Shown in pieces: positions 10,105 to 20,000 of a DNA stretch of 20,000 nucleotides (its first letter is position 1; every line of letters starts with the position of its first letter). The translations under genes and the position numbers were made by a program. This DNA comes from Craspedostauros australis (taxonomy: Eukaryota): positions 119,831 to 139,830 of the forward strand of contig JALAGF010004801.1 in NCBI GenBank assembly GCA_030167865.1. The letters are read 5' to 3'. The notes beneath the pieces were generated by a model, which was given only the letters and a program-made list of their open reading frames with translations, ran no database searches and was not told where the DNA came from.

Positions 10105-12023
10105 TTAGTCTATATCCTCCTGCTCGTTGAATACGTAGAAGAACCCGTTGCTGAATTGGGGCAGATTCATGCTGTAGACTGGCATTGCTCTTGGTTGTCG
10201 AAAGGGGTTCATTTCCAAGCTCTCCCTGGATTTGGGACCTCCCAGGCTGGCGCAGTTCACCCCGCTGTACTCATTGTAATCCGTGAAAACCCCGACGACG
10301 TTGGGATGGTCATGCAAATACGTCACGACAGTCCGCCAGCTGGGATACGCGAACAGACCGGCGTTGAGCGCCATGACCACATCGGGTGGCCCGCTACCAA
10401 CATCAAAGTTGGGATCTAACGAATCACCGTACGTTCCTGCCACGACGCCGACTCTCAGATTGTCGGTCAGCCGTTCCTTCAGAGCGAAACGCGCATCATC
10501 GGAGGCCGATTCTTTGCATTTGTCTGGCAGCATATCCTCTCGCACGATGAAGACCAGCTCGACCTGTGGTCGTCATGTTGAGAATGTGTCGAAATTCAAC
10601 GACGTACATCGTGAAAGCACGATGGTGAGAGGATCATTACAGATCGACAGGGCATCCATTCAACAGGATTGTATTCCACCCACCGACTCACCTGAATGAA
10701 CTCTGGCAACAAGAAGCCAACCTCCGCAAAGAGATCCAAGAAATTCAATTCCTTTTCCGCCCCCACAACATGCACCCGCATGGACCGACGCAGCATCTGA
10801 CTAACGGTCATGGCTGCCTGCGCATACCGCATGATACCGTAGTAGATCGTCAAGGGGAATGTGCACAGCAATGCCACTGGGCTGGAGGGTGAAAGCTTAC
10901 GCAACTCGTAGTACTCTTGCCATGATTGTAGCAGCGTACCATCAGCACTGCGCTCATCCTGCGTTGGTCTGCGTTGCGGTGGGATGTCTTTGATCGGTGA
11001 GAAGCCTTCGCGGTATGTCAATCTGCGCGTCGCATCGACCGTTGATGCGCTGGTGCTTTGGCCACCGCTCCATCCACCCATTTCGGTCGTCCACCAAGAT
11101 GATGCATCTTCCTTCACGCCAACAGCATTGAGCAGGAAGTCGCTGTACGGCTGTTCGCTGACTTGAAATTGCGGCTCCACAAGAAGTCGCTGCCAATCTC
11201 CCAAACCGTGAAAGGTGGATAGCGTCGTTCGATGACTGGTGTAGATCTTCCACGTATCACATTGGCATCGATGCGCCCACGCAATCTCCTGGCACGATGC
11301 TGGTGGTGCACAAAAGTAAGCACCGTCACATGCGCAGCTGTTGGATGATGGTCCCCGGCAGTGCAGACAGAGCGTGGCTTTGGCGATGAAATGGTTGTCG
11401 TTTGTGTCCTCTTTCGCTTGGGCTGATTCATCACGGCTTGGTTGCTGCCCTTCATCCTTATCATCTTCATCACCGGTGTTATCGCTATCGTCACTGCCAT
11501 CTTGTTCGTCTTCGTCTTCGTCTTCATCGGACACAGCATTCTCGCTCATCATGACGGAAGCGATCTTTTGCAAGGCCCCGCCGTCTTGATAGTTCTGACG
11601 CGCTGCATCCAGCAGCCATTCTGGAGCTGGCGTCTCATCCGATCCATCCCGCCGTAAATCAAATGACACCGTCGCCGCAGCATGAATCTCTGACATCGCC
11701 AACGACTGCCACCGACCGCCCGTGGAACGCACGATGAGCACGTCGGCCCAGAATCGGTGCGCGAACAATCCGCACGCCATTGCCAATCGCGTGGCCCGCA
11801 CGTTGGGGCAGGATCTGCGGCGTTGTGGGTTGTTGTGGTAGGCGTAGAGTCCGGCGGTGCCATCGGAGCGTGGTCGCAGCAAGGGCGTCTCGAGGTAGAA
11901 CGGCTGCCGGATGAGGGATGTGATGTTCTGTGCGAAGGATTGGCTGTCCTCGTTCCAATCAACATGATGCGTTTGCAATGGTTTGGAGTCGTGGTGCGGG
12001 ATGAGGATGACGGAGATGCTCAT
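10105..12023 (-). CDS. MYND-type zinc finger protein with an MSS51/ZMYND15-like C-terminal domain, complement(join(10105..10563,10692..12023)), about 596 aa
   Basis: MYND-like CLHC...CAC...YFC...CQEIAWAHRCQC (11259-11369). Family motifs SWQEYYELR...PVALLCTFPLTIYY, VHVVGAEKEL, PDVVMALNAGLFAYPSW, NPFRQP and SNGF. The splice CAG|GTGAGT (10691) to CCACAG|GTC (10564) gives PEFIQ|VELVFIV in frame. Confidence 0.85.
10564..10691 (-). other. Spliceosomal intron (128 bp, phase 0) of the MYND/MSS51-like gene
   Basis: Minus strand GTGAGT...CCACAG; joins ORFs 10596..12023 and 10105..10545 in frame. Confidence 0.88.
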
Positions 12024-12607
12024 TGTGATGTGTTGTGCTGTGCTTGGAGGTGTAGTAGATTATTTGGAATGAAGAGTGGTGGATGCTTGATGTCCCTCAT
12101 CTTTGCGCTCGTACGAGTGTAGCACTTGCATGAACTTCGAACCTTGATCGTTGATTGATGTGATGGATGATGGGAGGTTGGCGCCAAAAGTTGAATGGAT
12201 GATGAGTGACATCGTATCACGTTTTATGACGCCACGCGTGACTGGCACGAACTAGCGCGAAGCGGCGGAATAGATTTTCGCATGCTGTTCACTCCTCGTA
12301 TCTGTGCGGCTTGGTTGTCATACGCAACTTCATTCAATCGACTCGCCGATAATGGAGTAGAACAGAGCACTGGAAACTTCACCTATTGATTTGCATTTTA
12401 CATATATAATAAAGTAGAGAAGGAAGAGCCTGTCATGAATATCACAGAGGTGTGTGTGTGTGTCAATGCAATGGTATCGCACTGACCACTGAATCATCCT
12501 GGAGTCGCTCCATCTTGACGACATCGAATTCCGCGCACTACACCGCTGTGCTGTGACCGTTGAAATGTGACAAGAAGGAGCGGATGGCATGCGCGCATAC
12601 AGCTGCG

Positions 12608-13612
12608 CTATACCAGCTCGATATTCTTGACTCTCTCGTCACCAGCCTCGCCATCTTCCGTCTGATCATCAGCATCATCTCCACCGTTATTGCCACCAGC
12701 ATGATTGTAGTCCTCCGAATCTCGTCGTCGATCCTTCTCCTGCTGCTTGACGCTGCGCATCGACGTTTCATTGTAATCGTAGGGTTTGTTGACATCATCT
12801 TCCTTCTGTTGAAAGCACTTGCGACCCACGACGGGATGGTTGATGGCGCCTTCTCCATTCTTCAGGCTCCACAGCCGCCGAATGCACTGCAGCAGCAGCA
12901 CTGGAAAGACGCAGAGATGAAAGACGCCGATGCCGTTGCCATCATCCCAGAACGTCTCGCGGATGCCGACGACAGTGAGGATGATGCACATGAGGGATCC
13001 CCATATGTCAGTGAGGAAGGCGACGGATCGCAGGCTCGACGATGGAAAGCAGGTGATGAGGGCGGCCGCGACGAGGGATGCTGCGTCAGAAGGGAAGGCG
13101 GAGTCGATGAGGTTGATCGCCATGATGTTGATGTTGATGTACATGGCCTGGGCGCAGAGGTTCTGCAGCAGCGTGTTGAAGGAGTCCATGGTCGTGACGC
13201 CGTCCGTGAGGGTCTCATCGAAGGCGGCGCCCGAGAAGATGATGTAGAGGAGGAGCCAGAAGACGGCCTGGATGGCATGGCTGATGGGACCCGTGGCGGC
13301 GACCTTGACCTCGTCGCTCAGCGAGGTGGTGGTGTGCACCGTGTCTCCACCGGATGGGAAGAGGACGATGGGCGACAACGTGGCACCGACACGCTTGGCC
13401 ATGAGGACGTGCGCCATCTGGTTGATGGCCATGGCGACGAGCAGGATGGGACCATGCAGGAGGATGATGTAGGTCAAGTACAGCTGCTCATCCTTGTGCT
13501 GGATCGTCGCATTGATGACCTGCGCGAGGAGGTGGACGAAGAAAAGCGGATGGATGTAGTCCGATTGCCCTTCCACCGTCCAGGATCCGATTGGTACCAG
13601 GCACTTCAGCAT
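12608..13612 (-). CDS. Peptidase M50 (site-2 protease/SpoIVFB)-like multi-pass membrane protein with a degenerate active site, about 334 aa
   Basis: The M50 motif order is preserved: YIHPLFF, a TM helix ending INQMAHVLMAKRVG (HExxH position), IVLFPSGG (MRE beta-loop, usually LxPxGG), EVKVAATGP, and NIMAINLIDSAFPSDAA (usually NLLPxxPLDGG). Likely start is ATG 13612 (MLKCLVPIGSW); the ORF is open to 13786. Confidence 0.8.
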   Translation of the reverse strand: MLKCLVPIGSWTVEGQSDYIHPLFFVHLLAQVINATIQHKDEQLYLTYIILLHGPILLVAMAINQMAHVLMAKRVGATLSPIVLFPSGGDTVHTTTSLSDEVKVAATGPISHAIQAVFWLLLYIIFSGAAFDETLTDGVTTMDSFNTLLQNLCAQAMYININIMAINLIDSAFPSDAASLVAAALITCFPSSSLRSVAFLTDIWGSLMCIILTVVGIRETFWDDGNGIGVFHLCVFPVLLLQCIRRLWSLKNGEGAINHPVVGRKCFQQKEDDVNKPYDYNETSMRSVKQQEKDRRRDSEDYNHAGGNNGGDDADDQTEDGEAGDERVKNIELV

Positions 13613-14419
13613 GGTGGATTTGCTCGCACTCGGATGTATAATACTTGTACTAACTGCAGTGCTCGCACAATGTATGGCTCTCCTGCACAATGAAAGAGTT
13701 GGAAGTATAATCGGTGGCTTCGATGGAGAGGGTTGATACGGGAGCTCTGTTCGAGAAGATACGAGTGTGCAGAGGAGAGTATGCAATTGCCGCTGCCGGA
13801 TACTGGTTCACTGCCGTTGATCGATCGAATGGCTGTTTCTCTTCTCTTGTGTGTCGGGAATGATGTTGAAGAGGGTGTGTGCAGTTTTGTGGACGGATCA
13901 GCTTCCGTTTCTGTGTTGCGGTTTGTGATTTTTGCTTTCCACGTTTGTGGTGGTGGCAGATTTTGTTCACGGCATTGGTCGGAGTGAACTCTGTCGTGTT
14001 TGAGTGGACCAATGAGACGTCGCATAAGACATCTTGTGCGACATTGAGTCCATTTCCGCCGAAGCAGACGGCCTTCGCGGCACCACGTTCGCACAACGGT
14101 GTTTGGCACCAAAGAACTCGATTTTGTCGTGAAGATTTGGGAACTGTGCGTGTGAAGCAGCGACAGTTCGCATCTGGGAGGATTCGAACGCCGTGCTCCA
14201 CGAGCTACAAGTATCGCACGCGTTGCGGCAAACAAACCGACCTCTCTGCACGCTCCCAGCCAAGGGGATGGAGCAGAACCTCACCAAGACTGCCAAGAAG
14301 AGATCAAACATCACCATCACCATCGACATCAGAATCAGCATCGCTGCGGCTGCCACGAATCAGGGAGTCGACCATTGACCTCTGTGGTCGTGAACACAGA
14401 CACGAACAAGAGCAATACC

Positions 14420-14476
14420 AGCATCAACGGCATCGACGGCACTCACGGCATCGACGCCATCAACGACATCAACGGT
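14420..14476. repeat. Degenerate 9-bp tandem repeat (about CGGCATCRA) in the M50/channel intergenic region or 5' UTR
   Basis: gcatcaacggcatcgacggcactcacggcatcgacgccatcaacgacatcaacgg. Confidence 0.6.
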
Positions 14477-14730
14477 GCAAGAATAGCAGGCACGACTTGG
14501 AGCAAGAGAAGGATCTGATCTGCTGCCTGCCTGCCCTCTGGTCCTGCGATCCTGTGATCTTTGGTTGATTTGAGTTCTGAGATCAAACAAGAGGACGGAA
14601 GGGATCAAGGAGAAGAACAGGAACAAGACGAAGTCAGGAAGAAGTGAGGAAGAAGTCAGGAAAGAGTCAACACTCCAAGAGGCATAATCAGACAACAAAC
14701 AGACCGCACCCGACAACGAACAAAGAGACC

Positions 14731-17700
14731 ATGGAAGATCCAGACCAATCCAACAAGATGCAGCGGCAAGCCAGCAGCCCGGACATCAGCCACAGACCGC
14801 TGCTGGTCACGGCCAAGCGACCATCGCAGGTCTTTGGCTCGACGCGCGCCGCAACCTTCCAGGGCGAACGCGTCACGGAGGAAGAGGCCGATGCCATCCT
14901 GCAGGAGTTTGCGGATGCGGATAAGTTGTCCAAGAAGACGCTGTCCAGAATGTTCGTGGAGAATGTCCTCATGAATGTAAGTGTGTGTGCATTCGTGTGG
15001 ATGTGGACTTGGATGTGTATTTGGATGTGTATTTGGATGTGTATTTAGGTGTCTATTTAGGTGTGGATTTGGATGGAAGCGTGCACAACAGCCACCATGT
15101 TCACAACATACTCTTGCTCACATTAACGTCTCCATTAACGTCGACATCAACATCAACGACAATATGCATATGACCACCGCCCGCAACTTCCATCCCTGCA
15201 ACACGATGCAACACCGCAGAAACGTTGGTACTTCCCAAAGCGAGAGAATGGACCATCGCTGTCGAAGGCATGGGCGTACTACGAGCACGTCACGCTGCCG
15301 CGCCACTTCGTCGGTGATGGTCAGGCATCCAGCGTAATGCGTCGGTGCGAACCGGGTGAGCACGACCAAGAAACGGAACTCTACAGTCCCATGCGCACGC
15401 CGCAGGCCTCCCTCATCGAATGGGGCACAGGCGTGGACCTCTACTTTATCAGCCTGCGCTTCTTTGCCTTCATCATGCTCCTCGCTGGCTTGATCAATAT
15501 CTTCGCCATCGACTTCTACAACTCATCAAAATACAGAGGCGACACGCAGCTCGATTCCTCATTCGAACTCCTGAAGGGTTCCGCCATTTGTTCCAACACC
15601 CGATGGGTTGTGTGTCGGTGAGTTGCCTTCATCTGCGCTTGCTTGCTTTCTTGCTTGCATCATGTCTGTCTCGCATGCTCCACCTACGAGGAAGCTTTGT
15701 CGCATGCTGAAGAACGATGCCGGGCTGCACCTTTTCCTTCGTTGCCGCGACGGTCGTCTTTCGGCATGCGCTCGACCTGCATCATCAGAAATACCATGCA
15801 ATTACTCCATGTTCCAACTCTCCGCTCAACCACCCACTCACCCACATTGAACCAAACCAACCAACCGCAAACCCAACCGCAACAACACATGACGAACAAA
15901 CGAACGACGATCTGCAGTGACTGCAACCCAAGCGACTGGGACAGGGACAAGCAACGATTCGCGACAGGCACCAGCCCCTCCGGCGAGACGCTGCAACTCG
16001 TCTTGCGTAACTTCTGTCCCGGAGCAAAGGAGGAAACGGGATACGTCAACTTCGCCACCCTCATCTTCCTCATCATCACCGTGGGGATATTCTCGTACTA
16101 CCTGCGCTTGCGGGAAATCCGATTCGATGAGGACAAGGTCACCACCACCGACTACTCCGTCATGGTCACTAACCCACCGCCCGATGCATTGGACATCGAC
16201 GAATGGAGAGCCTTCTTCGACCAGTACAGCTACACCCAGGTCACCTGCGTCACGATCGCCTTGAACAACGAACAGCTCATCCGCAAGCTCATCGCTCGCC
16301 GCACCTTCCGAAACCAGCTCAGGATCATCCTACCCAAGTCCGTCGACCTCGACGATGAGAGTGCCGTGCGCGTGGCGATCGACCTCTACCAACGCGAACA
16401 GAACGAGGAGGAGGTCGGCATCATCGGCGGCTTCCTCAACTGCTGCGTCTTCCCAATTCTCAGAGTCTTCAACATGTTCCTCGAGCCTCATGTTTTGGTA
16501 GAGAAGGTCGCCACGCTCACTGATGAGATCAAAGAACTACAGGAGGAAAAGTACGATGCGACTGCCGTCTACGTCACCTTCGAAACCGAGGAGGGACAGC
16601 GCGCCGCATTATCCGCCCTCACGACCGGCAAGGTCAACATCCGAATGAACAACACCAGCGCTCTCGCGCCAGGCACCATCTTCCGTGACCGCGTCCTGAA
16701 TGTCCGCGAACCGCCGGAGCCGGATGCTGTCCGGTGGCTCGATCTCTCTGCATCATCTACGTACAAGATCGTTGCAAGAGTCATCACATTTTTCATCACT
16801 ATCGGTCTGGTGGGCATCGCATCAGTTTCCATCAACGGGGCACGCGCCACCGTCGGTCCATTCCTCTCCGGTCCGCTCACCACCATTTGGAACTCGATAA
16901 TTCCCGTCGTCATTAAGATCGCCATGATCTTCGAGCGCCATTCGACTGAGGGAAGCAACCAGGCATCGCTGTATCTCAAAATTACGCTTTTCCGTTGGAT
17001 GCTGTCTGCAATCCTCGTGCAGGTCATCACGCCGTTCACGTCCACCTTGGGAGACGAGAAGACGGATATGATCCCAACCATCTACGCCATCCTGCTCTCC
17101 GATGTCTGGCTCGCACCTTTGCTGCGAATGATCGACATCATGTCCAACCTCAAGAAGCACATCTTGGCACCGCGCGCAATGACACAGGAAGGCATGAACC
17201 TCAGCTTTCAGGGAACCTTCTACAACCTCGGCGAACGCTACACAGATTTCACAAAGGTCCTCTTCGTGTGCTTCTTCTATTCCGCGGTGTTCCCAGCTGG
17301 CTTCTTCTTCGGCGCAGTCATCCTCTTCTTTCAATACATGGTGGACAAGTACTGCCTCATGAGGATTTGGGGCTGGACACCTTCCATCGGAAGCCAGCTT
17401 GCGGAATTCAGCCGCCAGTACTTCTTCACCGGAGCTTTGCTGGCCTACGCTGTCACGTCCGCATTCGCCTTTCTCCAGTTCCCATACGACAACTTGTGCG
17501 TACCACCGTCGAATCCTGCCACCGGCTTCAGCGGGACGTACACCAACGTGTGCAACAATAATGATTTCTGCTTTCCGGATCCGGTGGAAGTGGTGGAGGA
17601 TGAGGAGTTCATCTACTGCGATCAAAGCTGGCAAGGCTTCAAATTCTTCCCATTTCCATCAACGTCCCGAATCCAAACCAACAGCCCGGCATGGATTGCC

Positions 17701-18703
17701 CGCGCCGACGCGAGCGACGTGAAATGGATGACCGAGTTCCAAGAAGATCTGACTGATCTGTACGGATGGTTCTCATTTGTGCTGATCATCCTGTTCATCA
17801 TCACCTACTTCGGCAAGCGATCATATGACTACTTCATCTCCATCTTTATTGGCACATATGAGGTACGTCGCAATATTGTGGGAAGAGTATGCTGTGGAAT
17901 AGCGCGGATTCTGCAGTTCCATCATACAATGGATCATGTTTGTGCATGGACCGCAGTCGAATAATGGGTCAGGAACGACAGACATGGAACAACGGAACCA
18001 ATTGTTGTGTCGCACGAATACAACTACACTCTACATGACATGGCACTCACCTTTACCTGCCGTTCCCCACGAAATTGGCTCTGTTCTCTACTCTTCCACA
18101 TTATTTCTTCGGGGAATACTTCGACAATGCTCGTCCTGCCGATACACTGGACTGCACTGCGCCGCACTGTGCTGCAACATACCTAATACGATCGACAATC
18201 CGCACTGCGTTGCCTGGTATCGTCGTGGAATCGATGCACCTTGCTGGGTTTCTTTGTTCTGTCTTCAACAGCCGGAGGGAAGCAGCCAGCACATCGACTT
18301 CAGTTCTAACCCAGAGATCTATGCCTTCGTCCCACAAATAAAGCTGGTCGGCAATCCGTTCCCATTCTTGGCGTGCGACATCGACAACATCGACCAAGGC
18401 ATGATCGGCTGGAATGATCCCGCCAAGAGCTACGACTACTACAATCTCATCTTCGACATCCCGCACAAGTCCCTGCGGCGTAAGAAGAGGATAACCATCA
18501 ACACCCGCAACCTCACGACGATAGCCGAACACGAAGACTATGTGGAGAACTCTGACAGGGTTGCGGTCGGCCCCAACGGTCGGAAGATCGAGGTCGAGCA
18601 TCTCGATGCGGACAAGCCATTCGCAGGCGCACGCCCAATCTACAGCATCGTCAAGCATTATCCGACCAAGTGGCAGATCGAGCTCATGAAGAAGGATCAG
18701 TAG
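14731..18703 (+). CDS. OSCA/CSC1/TMEM63 (TMC/anoctamin superfamily)-like putative mechano- or osmosensitive channel, join(14731..14976,15220..15617,15918..17862,18272..18703), about 1006 aa
   Basis: All three GT-AG junctions keep the frame (total 3021 nt). Motifs: WGTGVDLYFISLRF, TTDYSVMVTNPP, AVYVTFETEEGQ, VREPPEPDAVRWLDL, IFERHST, TQEGMN...YNLGERYTDF...FFYSAVFP and YMVDKYCLMRIW, with many hydrophobic segments. Confidence 0.85.
14977..15219 (+). other. Intron 1 (243 bp, phase 0) of the channel gene
   Basis: AAT|GTAAGT...CCGCAG|AAA; contains an in-frame stop and tandem repeats. Confidence 0.85.
14998..15077. repeat. 12-bp minisatellite (consensus TGGATGTGTATT), about 6.5 copies, in intron 1
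   Basis: tggatgtggact, tggatgtgtatt x3, taggtgtctatt, taggtgtggatt, tggatgga. Confidence 0.9.
15618..15917 (+). other. Intron 2 (300 bp, phase 2) of the channel gene
   Basis: CG|GTGAGT...CTGCAG|T gives WVVC-R-DCNPSDW in frame. Confidence 0.85.
17863..18271 (+). other. Intron 3 (409 bp, phase 0) of the channel gene
   Basis: GAG|GTACGT...polypyrimidine tract...CAACAG|CCG gives GTYE|PEGSSQHIDFS in frame. Confidence 0.83.
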
Positions 18704-20000
18704 AAGACACCAGAGTAGCTCTGCTCTCACATCCGTGCATATAACTGCCAGCTCCGTTTATATTGGAGCTCAGCAAAGTAAGAGGCATTTCGTTGTGGCT
18801 TCAGAAGAGTCCGTGTCTTCAAGTGCATTGCTCTCGCGCCATCCTCACTGTGCGAAGCAAATCCATGCTCGAGCAGACTATACTGGACGTCGTCGGGGTG
18901 GAGCTGTGGAATGTGCTGGCGAACAAGCATGATGATGATTTAATGTTCATTGTTTCACTCTCCTTCTCTCCTCTCGTCCAACTCGAATTTGGTCCAGTTG
19001 GTGAGAGTTGGTAATACATCGTAGTGTATACACGCTCTCGCTCCCTTGAGAATAGAGATTGCATCCTTCAGGAAGACAGAGAGAGAGAGAGACCCAGTCG
19101 AATCGAGGTATCGAGTCGATCGCGACGATGGCGTCGTTCTTCCAGACAACCAGGCAGCGCCCAACGTCCCAACGTCCCAACAGAGATCAACAAATAGACC
19201 GACGTTTGGTTCTGAAAGAATGGTGGTTCAACGTGCTTTGGCCGACTTGCTCCGCTCGCACATACTCGTACCCACGAAGGTGGATGCAATCAGTCTCTCG
19301 AACTTTCATTCTCCACAATTTGAGTCGCAACCATTCGTCCAACGGTTGATACGGATCATGTCGTTTCGGCCGTTGATTCCTGCACGGATTCTTCCGCGAT
19401 GTGGTTCCAATCAAAACCTGAGATGTGCGCACATCACAGAAACACAACATCATGTCACCGTCACGTTTGTCATGTCTTGTGAACATCGTGGAGACCACGA
19501 TGTTTGGAATCAACGAGCACACAACACGCTATCAAGGCGTGCAACATCGATTTGGGTGTTGCGATTGACAAACTCGCAAATCAATCTCATAAATTGAGCC
19601 AGGTAGTCATCGAGCTTGAGGACTCAAGGGACTCGAGAGCAGAAGCAGCAGAAGTAGGTGGCAGCTCATCGCCAGAACCAACCACATTCCACTATCTCTC
19701 CATGAAACCAGTGAGTTCAATCATCTCACAGGTAGTATGTTCAAGCGCCATGGTTTAGAATCATTCACATGCGCTGCTGATTGCACGCGATTCCTCACTT
19801 TGCACCTTGATCCTCCACCTTCGTTCCCCTTGATACCTCATATTACTATGCACGCACTGACAACACCACCAAACACAATCAAACCTTTCACCACAGCACG
19901 CACGTCGAGTCCACACGTTTTCTACGACTGTGTTCCTCATCATCATGTCGTTTCCACTGGGTCGATGGGCTCGTGCCTTTTCTGTCCTTCACAATGCTTG

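Noticed and set aside
12178..12188. TTGGCGCCAA palindrome / single E2F-like site upstream of the MYND gene
   Set aside because: An isolated short match with no supporting context; expected by chance at this GC content.
12560..13693. 377-aa plus-strand ORF
   Set aside because: Antisense to the M50-like gene, which carries the recognisable motifs.
13606..14716. ORFs of 118-229 aa in the M50/channel intergenic region
   Set aside because: Mutually overlapping, low-complexity or atypical composition, and no recognisable domain.
14998..15077. Regularly spaced repeats as a possible CRISPR array or telomeric tract
   Set aside because: Contiguous 12-bp units with no spacers, inside a eukaryotic intron. 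No cas genes are present and the unit is not TTAGGG-like.
15643..15917. N-terminal 92 aa of the 773-aa ORF (likewise 17936-18271 of the 255-aa ORF and 3195-3320 of the 410-aa ORF)
   Set aside because: Read-through into introns. Canonical splice sites give better, frame-consistent models.
18704..20000. Short ORFs (e.g. 19046..19597) and small GA and CCAACGTC repeats at the right end
   Set aside because: No codon bias, motifs or consistent splice model. Treated as 3' UTR or intergenic sequence.
1..20000. The seven genes as an operon-like or functional cluster, or a prokaryotic defence system
   Set aside because: The genes are intron-containing and eukaryotic, of unrelated function and mixed orientation. 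There are no mobile-element or horizontal-transfer hallmarks.

Overview
Eukaryotic nuclear DNA, gene-dense with GT-AG introns of 128-409 bp. The gene style and a bipartite plastid-targeting presequence point to a stramenopile, most likely a diatom (inference). Seven protein-coding genes can be built, and every splice junction restores the reading frame: (1) a CTDSP/Psr1-like FCP1/NIF phosphatase (+, 2 exons); (2) a long coiled-coil membrane protein with 18-aa repeats (-, 2 exons); (3) a probably plastid-targeted YchJ/UPF0225 SEC-C protein (+); (4) histone-fold POLE3/Dpb4 (+, 2 exons); (5) a MYND-finger MSS51/ZMYND15-like protein (-, 2 exons); (6) an M50/site-2-protease-like membrane protein whose HExxH motif has become NQMAH (-); (7) an OSCA/TMEM63/TMC-superfamily channel of about 1006 aa (+, 4 exons). 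I saw no RNA genes, CRISPR arrays or recognisable transposons. The best leads are the apparent M50 pseudoprotease, which sits head-to-head with the channel gene, and an E2F plus CHR-like motif cluster upstream of POLE3. I found no evidence for a coherent new multi-gene system. Family assignments rest on motif recognition, not database searches.
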